From: Bacteroidales bacterium
GTDB lineage: Bacteria; Bacteroidota; Bacteroidia; Bacteroidales; UBA932
NCBI GenBank assembly: GCA_040766795.1
Contig: JAXGPW010000007.1
Span: 18,769-82,768, forward strand
Reading direction: 5' to 3'
DNA length: 64,000 bases
A program made the position numbers and the translations under genes. Shown here one piece after another: positions 37,658-46,987 of the stretch (its first letter is position 1; each line of letters starts with the position of its first letter). The notes under the pieces are model-generated. The model saw only the letters and a list, made by a program, of their open reading frames with translations. It did no database searches and was not told the DNA's origin.

Positions 37658-37672
37658 AAAAATTTTTGAAAT

Positions 37673-38182
37673 ATGGCACTGAACAAAGTTTTACTTATCG
37701 GCAACGTGGGAGAGATCCTGAAATCAGGCATCTCGAAGGTGGAGCATCCGGTGCCCATTCTCCTTGCAACAACGGAGAGATTTAGAGACCGTAATGGAGA
37801 GACCAAAGAAATTACTGAATGGCACAACATAGTTGCCTGGAGACAGCTGGCTGATTTGGCCGGCAGATTTATCAAAAAAGGAAGTCAGATCTATGTGGAA
37901 GGTAGGATCAGAAGTCGTTCCTGGGATGATGCCAACGGGCAGAAACGCTACATAACAGAGATTTTGGCTGATACGATCCAGCTTCTTGGGCGTAGGGATG
38001 ACACATTGCCAAGAGATGGTGCGTGGGATGATTCTGCGGGTACTTCCAGACCGAGCGATTCGCCTGCACACGTTACGAAAACCTGCATCAAAAGTCTACC
38101 ATCACAACCGGCTTCACAGTCCGAGCAATTTGTTACTTCAGACGATATCATGTCTGACGGTCACGACGATCTGCCATTCTAG
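37673..38182 (+). CDS. ssb: single-stranded DNA-binding protein; the ORF is open but residues ~13-31 are out of frame (three compensating 1-nt deletions)
   Basis: OB-fold core ..ERFRDRNGETKEITEWHNIVAWRQLADLAGRFIKKGSQIYVEGRIRSRSWDD.. and C-terminal tip DDLPF. The expected RDPEIRHLEGGAS is encoded in another frame at 37712-37750. Confidence 0.9.
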   Translation: MALNKVLLIGNVGEILKSGISKVEHPVPILLATTERFRDRNGETKEITEWHNIVAWRQLADLAGRFIKKGSQIYVEGRIRSRSWDDANGQKRYITEILADTIQLLGRRDDTLPRDGAWDDSAGTSRPSDSPAHVTKTCIKSLPSQPASQSEQFVTSDDIMSDGHDDLPF

Positions 38183-38198
38183 CAGATTGTAATAGAAT

Positions 38199-38230
38199 AA
38201 AAAATGCGACCTAAAAGGTCGCATTTTTTA
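38199..38230. terminator. bidirectional rho-independent terminator between ssb and the DUF4295 gene
   Basis: AAAAATGCGACC-TAAA-AGGTCGCATTTTTT: a perfect hairpin flanked by an A-tract and a T-tract. Confidence 0.8.
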
Positions 38231-38264
38231 TCTGTCTACTCTACTTTCCTTTATATCTTTTCCT

Positions 38265-38426
38265 TTATTTCTTTTCAAAGAAATCTTTCGCTTGGTCAGT
38301 AGGTAACAGCTCTTCCTGGAAAGCGTATGCTCCCGTACGCTCAGACTTGACCATACGGATACACTTTACATAGTTTTTGTTTTGTTGACGGCTACCACCA
38401 AATGTAGCCACTGCTTTCTTTGCCAT
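38265..38426 (-). CDS. DUF4295 family small protein (conserved after rpmG in Bacteroidota)
   Basis: [53 protein letters not shown]. Position and sequence fit the family. Confidence 0.75.
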   Translation of the reverse strand: MAKKAVATFGGSRQQNKNYVKCIRMVKSERTGAYAFQEELLPTDQAKDFFEKK

Positions 38427-38446
38427 TTTATATAAAGATAAGTGTG

Positions 38447-38633
38447 TTATTTGATTTCGCGATGAAGAGTCCTTTTTGAGATAGGGGTTGTATTTTTTGC
38501 GCTCCAATCTCTGAGTAGTGTTCTTTTTATTTTTTGTTGTGATATACCTGGAAATGCCCGGTACACCGCTCTCTCTTTGCTCAGTACACTCCATGATAAC
38601 CTGTACTCTGTTGCCTTTACCTTTCTTTGCCAT
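38447..38633 (-). pseudogene. rpmG: 50S ribosomal protein L33; frame lost in the last ~8 codons and so fused to the DUF4295 ORF in the track
   Basis: [54 protein letters not shown]. The expected ending ..TLHREIK-stop is in another frame. Confidence 0.85.
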
Positions 38634-38644
38634 AGTCGTGAATG

Positions 38645-38882
38645 TTAAACTACATTAATCAAACCTTTTTCCTGTGATTTCTTGATAGTAGCGGCAAGAC
38701 CGTTCTTATAAATGGTCTTCATCCCTTCAAGATACGGAGTGTAATTAATCTCTGCTCTTCCTCAGACCAGAATTTTTTGGTCTTTAGATTTGGAGCGAAT
38801 TCGGTTTCGTGCGTCTCTTGGAGTGGGAAACGTTGTTTCCAATCATCCTTTTCTTTCCTGTTACTTGACAAACTCGTGCCAT
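38645..38882 (-). pseudogene. rpmB: 50S ribosomal protein L28; two frameshifts
   Basis: [26 protein letters not shown] / [23 protein letters not shown] / [26 protein letters not shown] occupy three frames of the minus strand. Confidence 0.85.
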
Positions 38883-38966
38883 TGTTATCTATTTTTAATA
38901 TTATTATCTTTTTGAGGGCTGCAAATGTATTGATTTTTCTGCTAAAATCAAATTTAACCACCTTTA

Positions 38967-40303
38967 TTAGATAAACTTCAAGATCCTTTTCCACCTGATG
39001 TTCTTAGGGAAGGACCTGTTGCCATCCTTAGAAAACCAGATTACTGCCGGTCGACCCACAATATGGTCCTCGGGAACAAATCCCCAGTAACGAGAATCGA
39101 GCGAATTGTGGCGGTTGTCGCCCATCATGAAGTAATAATCTTGTTTGAATGTGTAGGTGGTTGCCTTCTCACCGTTGATATAGTATATACCCTCCTTCTC
39201 ATTGAAATCATTGCCTTCATAGATATCAATGATTCTCCTGTAGAGGTCAATATTGTCTGCATCCAGATTTGCCGTTACTCCTTGGCAGGAATCCAAATAG
39301 GCCCATAGTTATCCTTCGTCCAGCCCTTTTCCACAAAAGGGGAGAGCATTCTATAGGAATCGGGATAATCGGGAGGATAAACATCCATATTGGGACAGAA
39401 ACGCATTACCAATGACTCCACTTTTAAGAGCATCTCATTAGTAAGAGGTAACTGGGGATAGCCCGGCAGGGTAGGGTCATACCACACTTCAGATGAGTTG
39501 ATGCCAATGTCTCTGAGGTGAACCGGATTTATGACATTACCGTTAGTGACTACCTTCCATGTATTTTGTATACCCGGATAATCCTTCTGGGGCGTACCGT
39601 TTACGAATAGTTGTCCATCTCTTATTTCAAAGAGTATCACCTGCAATGGCAACGCATCTTTTTACATAGTGATCCTTCTTGTCAGTCCGGCGCGCAATTA
39701 AAGGTCGGTCTTTACCGTATACTCACGGCCATTCATCCGCACATGCGTGTAATAATCCTCGACCGGAGCCTTTGTCAGCACCGTGTCGCCATGTGGGAAG
39801 CAAAAGACTACATAATCGTCACGCTTTACATTGCCAAAGCCTGCAATGCGTTTGTGATCAAATTGCAGTATGGTAGAAAAACTCTTCTTTACCGTCCCTG
39901 GGAACACATTATGAATAAAGGGCATGGATACAGGTGTCTGCGGCATCTTGGGTCCATAAGCTACCTTGCTTACAAAGAGGTAGTCCCCTGTCATAAGAGA
40001 ACTTTCCATTGAAGAGGAGGGAATTTTGAAGGCCTGGAAAAAGAATATATTGATGAAACTTACAACTATCACTGCAAAAATGAGGGCGTCAAGCCAATCG
40101 AGCAGTGCATTGCGTTTCTCTCCCTCTTTATATTTCTTTTTCCAAAAAGCCCATTTCACTTTTTTGGTGATATAGAGGTCGAAAATGACAATAAGTCCAA
40201 ACAGCCACCACCAGTTGCGGATCCATATAACCCACAAAGTGTAGAGTACGGCCCAGAAACCGAACCGTACCCACTTATTCCTGTATAATTCCCTAATTGT
40301 CAA
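38967..40303 (-). pseudogene. lepB: signal peptidase I (S26); at least 3 frameshifts (about 39715, 39655, 39290)
   Basis: IPSSSMESSLMTGDYLFV (catalytic Ser box), ..KDRPLIARRTDKKDHYVKRCVAIAGDTL.., ..EIRDGQLFVNG.. and GDNRHNSLDSRYWGFVPEDHIVG are in different frames. Confidence 0.85.
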
Positions 40304-40310
40304 GGAAGGA

Positions 40311-40655
40311 CTATTTTACAGAATTTACAATAGCTTCAAACGCCTGAGGATTGTTCATAGCTAGGTCAGCGAGAACCTTGCGGTTGAGGCCAACATTCTG
40401 CTTTGAGAGTTTCCCCATAAACTGGGAATAACTCATCCCGTGCTGGCGTGCAGCGGCATTGATACGTATTATCCAAAGTGAACGGAAGTTACGTTTCTTG
40501 TTTTTGCGGTCGCGATAGGCGTAGGTCAAACCTTTCTCATAGGTATTTTTGGCTACTGTCCATACATTCTTTCTTGACAGAAAGTTACCGCGAGTCTGTT
40601 TTAAAATTTTCTTACGGCGGGCTTTTGATGCTACCGAGTTAACCGATCTTGGCAT
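40311..40655 (-). CDS. rplT: 50S ribosomal protein L20
   Basis: [51 protein letters not shown]. Confidence 0.95.
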   Translation of the reverse strand: MPRSVNSVASKARRKKILKQTRGNFLSRKNVWTVAKNTYEKGLTYAYRDRKNKKRNFRSLWIIRINAAARQHGMSYSQFMGKLSKQNVGLNRKVLADLAMNNPQAFEAIVNSVK

Positions 40656-40733
40656 AATGAAATTTTGGTTTTGGGTGCCAGCGCTCTTTAAGAGACTTGT
40701 TAAAGCTGGACATCCGGATTAAACATCTAAAAA

Positions 40734-40928
40734 TTACTTCACTAACAGGAGTTTTACTCTCTTCTCATCAGCTTTGTCAACCAAACCGAACTGAGTGAGT
40801 CTTCTTTTCTGCTTCTTTGTCTTCTTAGTCAGAATGTGACTCTTGTAAGCATGTTTTCTTTTTACTTTTCCCGAACCGGTGAGCGTAAAACGCTTCTTTG
40901 TACCGGAGTTGGTCTTGATTTTTGGCAT
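40734..40928 (-). CDS. rpmI: 50S ribosomal protein L35
   Basis: [44 protein letters not shown]. Confidence 0.95.
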   Translation of the reverse strand: MPKIKTNSGTKKRFTLTGSGKVKRKHAYKSHILTKKTKKQKRRLTQFGLVDKADEKRVKLLLVK

Positions 40929-40969
40929 AGTTAAATGTGTTAACTTGTTTTAATATGATTGGTTTAAAA

Positions 40970-41564
40970 TTATTTCTTTTTGATGGTGGCAATCATCATT
41001 ATCATCCTCTTTCCCTCCAGCTTTGGCATTTGTTCCGCCTTTCCATACTCCTCAAGCTCCAGTGCAAACCTTAGGAGGAGTTTCTCACCCTGGTCTGAGA
41101 AGAGTATTGAACGTCCTCTAAAAAAGACATAGGCCTTGACCTTTGATCCTTCGGAAAGGAAATTCTTTGCGTGATTCAGCTTAAACTGGAAATCGTGCTC
41201 ATCTGTGTTGGGACCGAACCTTATCTCTTTTATCACGATTTTGGCGGCGTTTGCCTTCTGTTCCTTCGCCCTTTTCTTCTGCTGGTATAGATACTTTTGG
41301 TAATCTATGATCTTACATACCGGAGGATCAGCATTGGAGAAATCTCAACCAGATCAAGCTCACAGATTGAGCCATATTCAACGCCTCTGAAAGTGAATAG
41401 ATACCTTGTTCAGGAATATTCTCTCCGACAACCCTTACGCGTTGTGCAGTGATGGCTTCGTTGATCCTTAAACCCTCTTCCTTTCGATTTAGAGGCAATC
41501 TGCGATCAGGCTGTCTCGGACCTTTAAATGGTTTGGGTTTCGGCGGTTTGTAACTTGTCGCTAT
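40970..41564 (-). pseudogene. infC: translation initiation factor IF-3; two 1-nt deletions (~41335, ~41355); non-AUG start
   Basis: ..RINEAITAQRVRVVGENIPEQGIYSLSEALNMAQSVSL / DLVEIS / [27 protein letters not shown].. then ORF 40970-41236. There is no ATG or GTG between the upstream in-frame stop and the conserved N-domain. Confidence 0.85.
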
Positions 41565-41621
41565 AGTTTTATCCTCCTATAAATTAGTTAATATTATAAT
41601 TAGCTGAGCTGTTGCTCGATT

Positions 41622-43532
41622 TCATCTTAAGTAAGTGACGAATTCCTCAATTGTCATTATTCCCTTATCTCCTTCTCCCTGCTTCCTAACAGAGACGGAA
41701 TTAGTTGACTCTTCCTTCTCTCCGACAACCAATAGATAGGGGATACGCTTGATCTCGTTTTCGCGTATCCTCTTACCAATTGTTTCGTTACGCTCGTCAA
41801 TGGAGCTGCGAATATCGGAATTATTAAGCAATTCACAAACTTTTTTTGCAAAATCGTTGTATTTTTCGCTGATAGGCAGCACAATAACCTGATCCGGGGC
41901 AAGCCAAAGGGGAAACTTTCCGCTAGTGTGCTCTATTAGCACGGCGACAAATCTCTCCATAGAACCGAAGGGAGCCCGGTGTATCATGATAGGGCGATAT
42001 TTCTTGTCATCGCTGCCCACATATTCAAGTTCGAAGCGTTCAGGGAGATTGTAGTCCACCTGGATGGTGCCCAGCTGCCACTTTCGTCCGATTGCATCCT
42101 TGACCATAAAGTCAAGTTTGGGACCATAAAAGCTGCCTCTCCGAGCTCTACCGTAGTTTCGAGTCCTCTCTCCTTCGTAGCCTCGATGATGGACTTCTCC
42201 GCTCTCTCCCAATTCTCGTCCGTTCCAATGTATTTCTCGTGATTGTTGGGATCACGAAGAGAAACCTGGACAGTGAAGTCATTGAAGTCGAGAGTTTTGA
42301 AAATGTAGAGTACAATATCGATAACCTTACAGAACTCCTCTTTTATTTGGTCCTCACGGCAGAAAATATGGGCATCATCTTGGGTGAAGCTGCGTACTCT
42401 TGTCAAACCGTGGAGTTCGCCGCTCTGTTCATAGCGGTATACAGTTCCGAACTCGGCAAGGCGCAGGGGAAGGTCGCTTGTAAGAGCAGGGTTTGGTCTT
42501 ATATATCTCGCAATGGTGGGGACAGTTCATAGGTTTGAGCAGAAACTCTTCTCCCTCCTGGGGTGTGCTGATGGGACGGAAAGAGTCTTGGCCATATTTT
42601 GCGTAGTGCCCTGATGTAACATATAGCTCCTTCTGGCCTATATGAGGGGTAATCACCGGCAAATAGCCGTGTGCCTTCTGTACCTTTTTGAGAAACATCT
42701 CGAGTTGCTCCCTTAAAGCTGCACCCCGGGGAAGCCACAACGGCAGACCCTGCCCAACTTTCGACGAAAATGCAAAGAGTTCAAGCTCTCTACCAAGTTT
42801 GCGGTGATCTCTCTTTTTGGCCTCTTCGAGCATTTTGAGGTAGTCATCGAGGAGAGATTTCTTGGGAAAAGTTATACCGTAGATACGGGTGAGCATCTTG
42901 TTCTTCTCATTGCCTCTCCAATAGGCACCTGCAATTGTGGTGAGTTTAACTGCCTTTATTACTGAGGTATCTCTAAGGTGGGGACCTCTGCAAAGATCTG
43001 TAAAAACACCGTTGGTATAGAAAGTGATGGTGCCATCTTCCAGGTCATTAATGAGTTCGCATTTGTACTCATCTCCTTTAGCACTATATTTTTCCATCGC
43101 TTCAGCTTTAGAGACATCTATTCTGGTGAAGTGTTCTTTCTGCTGAGCAAGCTCAATCATCTTTTTCTCTATTTTGGCAAGGTCTGCCTCCACTATTTGT
43201 CTCTCCCCAAGGTCCACGTCGTAGTAGAAGCCATTTTCAATAGCAGGGCCAATACCGAACTTGACTCCGGGATAGAGTATTTCGAGAGCCTCCGCCATAA
43301 GGTGGCTGGAGGAGTGCCAGAATGTACTTTTTGCCTCCTGGTCCTCCCATTTGTGTAATTTAATGGTGGCATCTTCATGAATGGGCCTGTCAAGGTCGTG
43401 TATTGAATCGTTGACAGTAGCAACAAGTATGTCGGCTGCAAGCCTTGGGCTGATACTCTCTGCTATCTGATAAGGCGTGGTACCCTTTGGAAACTCCTTT
43501 ACAGTGCCGTCAGGAAATTTTATCTTAATCAT
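41622..43532 (-). pseudogene. thrS: threonine--tRNA ligase; two frameshifts (~42490 and ~42130)
   Basis: ORFs 42429-43532 (TGS and editing domains, ..[11 protein letters not shown]), 41984-42406 ([15 protein letters not shown]) and 41622-42212 (..[24 protein letters not shown]..). The second break is a T5 run read as T4. Confidence 0.9.
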
Positions 43533-43568
43533 GGTCTATATTATTGTTCAATTTTTTATTTCAACCTA

Positions 43569-43576
43569 CAAAGGTA
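43569..43576 (-). promoter_or_regulatory. candidate -7 element (TACCTTTG on the minus strand) for the thrS operon
   Basis: CAAAGGTA on the + strand, ~37 nt upstream of the thrS ATG (43532). Confidence 0.4.
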
Positions 43577-43589
43577 AGACTTTATTTCT

Positions 43590-43597
43590 TATCTTTG
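43590..43597 (+). promoter_or_regulatory. candidate -7 element TATCTTTG for the DUF4199 / GT2 genes
   Basis: Exact TAnnTTTG match 40 nt upstream of ATG 43637, divergent from the thrS promoter. Confidence 0.4.
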
Positions 43598-43636
43598 TAA
43601 TCTTAATAGCAATTATTTATATTGAATAACAGATAC

Positions 43637-44160
43637 ATGGCACTTAAAACAACAACTATTTCAAATTGGAGAGAAGCGGCCCGCGACGGCCTATTACTTG
43701 CTCTGGTTACGGTGGTTTTGATTTCGTTCAACGCACTTGTCGAGAATGCAGCGCTTAAGATGCTCATTTGGCTGGTAAAATTTGTGGGTTCAGTATGGTT
43801 ACTTCATTTTTTATGAAAAAATTCATGAAGGGTGAGCCGAGGAATTACGTTTTCAGGCAGGGAGTAAGAATTACTCTCTTTTCTTCAATTGTCTGTGCTG
43901 CATACACCTTCTTCATGTATAGCGTACTTTTTCCCGAGATGATTACGGAGATATTCGAGGCGTTTTACTCTGCACCGGAATTTGCTTCGCTTCCGGACAA
44001 TATGACAGATATGATGCTCAAGCTGGAGGACAACTTTGCGAGGTATTCCTGCATCGCTACTTTTTTCTGGAATTTCATCTTAGGTATAATCATTTCAGCA
44101 ATAATTGCGCGTTCCATTGTTCCTAAAACCATTTTTACTGAGGACGACAATACAATTTGA
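43637..44160 (+). pseudogene. DUF4199 family membrane protein; one frameshift near 43790
   Basis: ORFs 43622-43816 and 43768-44160 overlap in different frames. Multi-TM small protein upstream of a GT2 gene, as is usual for DUF4199 in Bacteroidota. Confidence 0.6.
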
Positions 44161-44163
44161 GAT

Positions 44164-45114
44164 ATGGATCTTTCTATAGTAATATCACTTTTCAATGAAG
44201 AAGAATCCCTTCCGGAGCTGGTAGCCTGGATAAGCAGAGCACTCGCTTCCGAGCAATTGAAATATGAAATCATAATGGTAGATGATGGGAGTACCGATAA
44301 CTCATGGCAGGTCATTGAGGAGCTTAAAAAGAGCTACCCTGCAATCAGAGGTATCTCATTTCGCCGCAACTACGGCAAGTCTGCAGCTCTTTATACGGGA
44401 TTTGAAGCAGCAACAGGGGAGATAGTAGTTACTATGGATGCAGACCTCCAGGATAGCCCGGAAGAAATTCCGGAAATGATGAGGATGATAAAGGAAGAGG
44501 GATATGATCTTGTCTCAGGCTGGAAGAAAAAACGTTACGACGGTACTTTTACAAAAAATCTCCCTTCAAAACTCTATAATGCTACCGCCCGAAAGGTAAC
44601 GGATACTAAACTTCACGACATGAACTGTGGCCTCAAGGCCTATCGCAATGAGGTTGTGAAGAATATCGAGGTCTATGGAGAGATGCACCGTTTTATTCCC
44701 TATCTGGCTAAGCAGGCAGGTTTTGCCAAAATCGGTGAGAAGGTGGTACAACACCAGGCTCGTAAATATGGCAAAAGCAAGTTTGGTTTAAACCGCTTCA
44801 TTAATGGTTTTCTGGACCTGCTTTCCGTGTGGTTTCTTCAGGTATTCGGGAAAAAACCTATGCACTTTTTTGGGAGCATCGGTGTACTTACCTTCGTAAT
44901 AGGTATTGTTATCGCTATCTGGCTGATTGTGGCTAAGCTCATTGCTCAGTCGCGCGGTATTATATTCCGCCCTGTTACGGAGCAGCCTTTATTTTATCTG
45001 GCACTGCTGATGGCCTTGATAGGAGTAATACTTTTCCTAACAGGATTTCTCGGTGAGCTTATTACAAGAAACAGCCAGGAGAGGAACAAATACAATATCC
45101 GTAAGGAGATTTAA
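44164..45114 (+). CDS. GT2 polyisoprenyl-phosphate glycosyltransferase (GtrB/ArnC-like) with C-terminal TM helices
   Basis: SIVISLFNEEESL..MVDDGSTDNS..TMDADLQDSP..; two C-terminal hydrophobic helices. Confidence 0.8.
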   Translation: MDLSIVISLFNEEESLPELVAWISRALASEQLKYEIIMVDDGSTDNSWQVIEELKKSYPAIRGISFRRNYGKSAALYTGFEAATGEIVVTMDADLQDSPEEIPEMMRMIKEEGYDLVSGWKKKRYDGTFTKNLPSKLYNATARKVTDTKLHDMNCGLKAYRNEVVKNIEVYGEMHRFIPYLAKQAGFAKIGEKVVQHQARKYGKSKFGLNRFINGFLDLLSVWFLQVFGKKPMHFFGSIGVLTFVIGIVIAIWLIVAKLIAQSRGIIFRPVTEQPLFYLALLMALIGVILFLTGFLGELITRNSQERNKYNIRKEI

Positions 45115-45117
45115 AAT

Positions 45118-45549
45118 CTATTTTGTATTATTTTTACTATTCTCGGTCTCCGGAGAAGAGCCTTTAAACTCTTCCTCCATTTTTTGGTACTCCTCTTGAG
45201 TAATAATTTTACAGGTACCGTTGAAGCGTGCACCTCTCTCAACGCTCAATTTGTGAGTCTGAAGGAGTCCTTTGAATATGCAGGTGCTCTGTAACATCAG
45301 GGTGTCACCTATTATCACATCACCGTCAATACGACCATAGATATCTGCATTTTTACAACAGATATTGCCGTAAATATATCCTGTCTCACCAATAATCAAT
45401 TTTCCCGAAGTGATTATATCACCGGTAAATGTGCCGTCAATCCTTACATCCTTCTCGGAAAAGAGGTATGCAGCACGGACTTCTGTGCCCACGGGTATTC
45501 GGGTTATTTCGTGGGCATGTGATTGAGGGGACGCATTTTTTTCTGCCAT
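45118..45549 (-). CDS. bactofilin (DUF583) family polymer-forming protein
   Basis: From MAEKNASPQ: repetitive beta-helix pattern ..DGTFTGDIITSGKLIIGETGYIYGNICCKNADIYGRIDGDVIIGDTLMLQSTCIFKGLLQTHKLSVERGARFNGTC. Confidence 0.75.
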   Translation of the reverse strand: MAEKNASPQSHAHEITRIPVGTEVRAAYLFSEKDVRIDGTFTGDIITSGKLIIGETGYIYGNICCKNADIYGRIDGDVIIGDTLMLQSTCIFKGLLQTHKLSVERGARFNGTCKIITQEEYQKMEEEFKGSSPETENSKNNTK

Positions 45550-45574
45550 AATCCGAAAGTTAAAATAATTAGGT

Positions 45575-46966
45575 TTATATATGTATTGCCTCGGAGTGCG
45601 TTGCCGCAGCTGCCTCCATAATGGCTTCACTCATAGTGGGGTGAGGAAAAATGGTCTTCATTACGGAGGATGCAGTTGCACCAAGCCTGCAGGCCAGCAC
45701 CATTCCTCCAATCATCTCAGATGCATTGGCTCCTACAATATGGACTCCAAGTACGCGGTCGTTTTGCTCGTCCACAACCATTTTGGCGAATCCATCTCTT
45801 TCTCCGGCTGCGGTAGCCTTACCTGAAGCAGTGAAGGGAAATTTACCTACTTTATATGCTATGCCCTTCTCTTTGGCAGCTCTTTCGGTCATACCTACGG
45901 AGGCAACCTCAGGTGAAATATAGGTGCAGGCAGGAATTATCGAATAGTCGATAGGCTGGGGGTTGAGTCCCGCTATGGCTTCTACGCAGCAGACAGCTTC
46001 AGCTGAGGCAACGTGAGCCAGTGCCGGTGTGGAAATTACATCCCCGATAGCATAAACTCCTTCAATTGAGCTCCTATAATATTGATCCACGGTGATTTTA
46101 CCTTTTACGGTCTCTACGCCCGCAGCTTCGAGCCCCAAATTTTCGGTATTTGGAACCACACCAACGGCAGAGAGTACCAATTCGGCCTCTACAATCTCTT
46201 CTCCTTTCTTCGTAAGGACTGTAATACGAGACAGCTCTCCGATAGTGTCAACGCTCTTGACCTGAGAGGAGACCATCACCTTCATCCCCATTTTTCGGAA
46301 AGAACGGCTGACCTGAGCGCTTACCTCATCATCCTCTATGGGGAGAACTCTGTCAAGGTATTCAATAAGGGTAACTTCCACTCCAAGGGCTCTATAAAAG
46401 AATGCAAACTCACTACCAATTGCGCCCGACCCTATTACCACCAAACTCTTGGGAAGCTTGGATGGTACAAGAGCCTGTCGGTAGGAAATAATCTTATTAC
46501 CGTCAATGGGAGCAAATGGCAGGGAAGCAGCTCTTGCACCGGTAGCAATTATGATATGGTCTGCCCCGTAAATAGCAACACTACCATCATCTGAAGTAAC
46601 CTGGAGTTGTTTACCGGGGAGAAGTTTACCAATACCTTTAATGAGAGTTATCTTGTTTTTCTTGAAAAGATACTCTATACCCTTATTCATTGACTCCGAA
46701 ATATTCCTGCTTCTGGAAACAATTGCTTCTATGTCAGCAGTGACTTCAGAGGCAGAAAAGCCGAATTCGGCACAATTCTTAGCATAATTATACGCTTGGG
46801 CACTCTTCAAAAGGGCTTTTGTGGGGATACAGCCCCAGTTAAGGCAGATTCCGCCAAGCTCACTCATTTCAACTACTGCCGTGTTAAAACCTAACTGGGA
46901 AGCACGGATTGCTGCAACATATCCTCCCGGTCCCGAACCTATTACTATGACGTCAAATTTTTCCAT
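45575..46966 (-). CDS. lpdA: dihydrolipoyl dehydrogenase (E3)
   Basis: GSGPGGYVAAIRA, redox-active GGICLNWGCIPTK, and C-terminal HPTMSEA interface motif. Confidence 0.9.
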   Translation of the reverse strand: MEKFDVIVIGSGPGGYVAAIRASQLGFNTAVVEMSELGGICLNWGCIPTKALLKSAQAYNYAKNCAEFGFSASEVTADIEAIVSRSRNISESMNKGIEYLFKKNKITLIKGIGKLLPGKQLQVTSDDGSVAIYGADHIIIATGARAASLPFAPIDGNKIISYRQALVPSKLPKSLVVIGSGAIGSEFAFFYRALGVEVTLIEYLDRVLPIEDDEVSAQVSRSFRKMGMKVMVSSQVKSVDTIGELSRITVLTKKGEEIVEAELVLSAVGVVPNTENLGLEAAGVETVKGKITVDQYYRSSIEGVYAIGDVISTPALAHVASAEAVCCVEAIAGLNPQPIDYSIIPACTYISPEVASVGMTERAAKEKGIAYKVGKFPFTASGKATAAGERDGFAKMVVDEQNDRVLGVHIVGANASEMIGGMVLACRLGATASSVMKTIFPHPTMSEAIMEAAAATHSEAIHI

Positions 46967-46987
46967 GTTATTTGGATTATATTTTTC

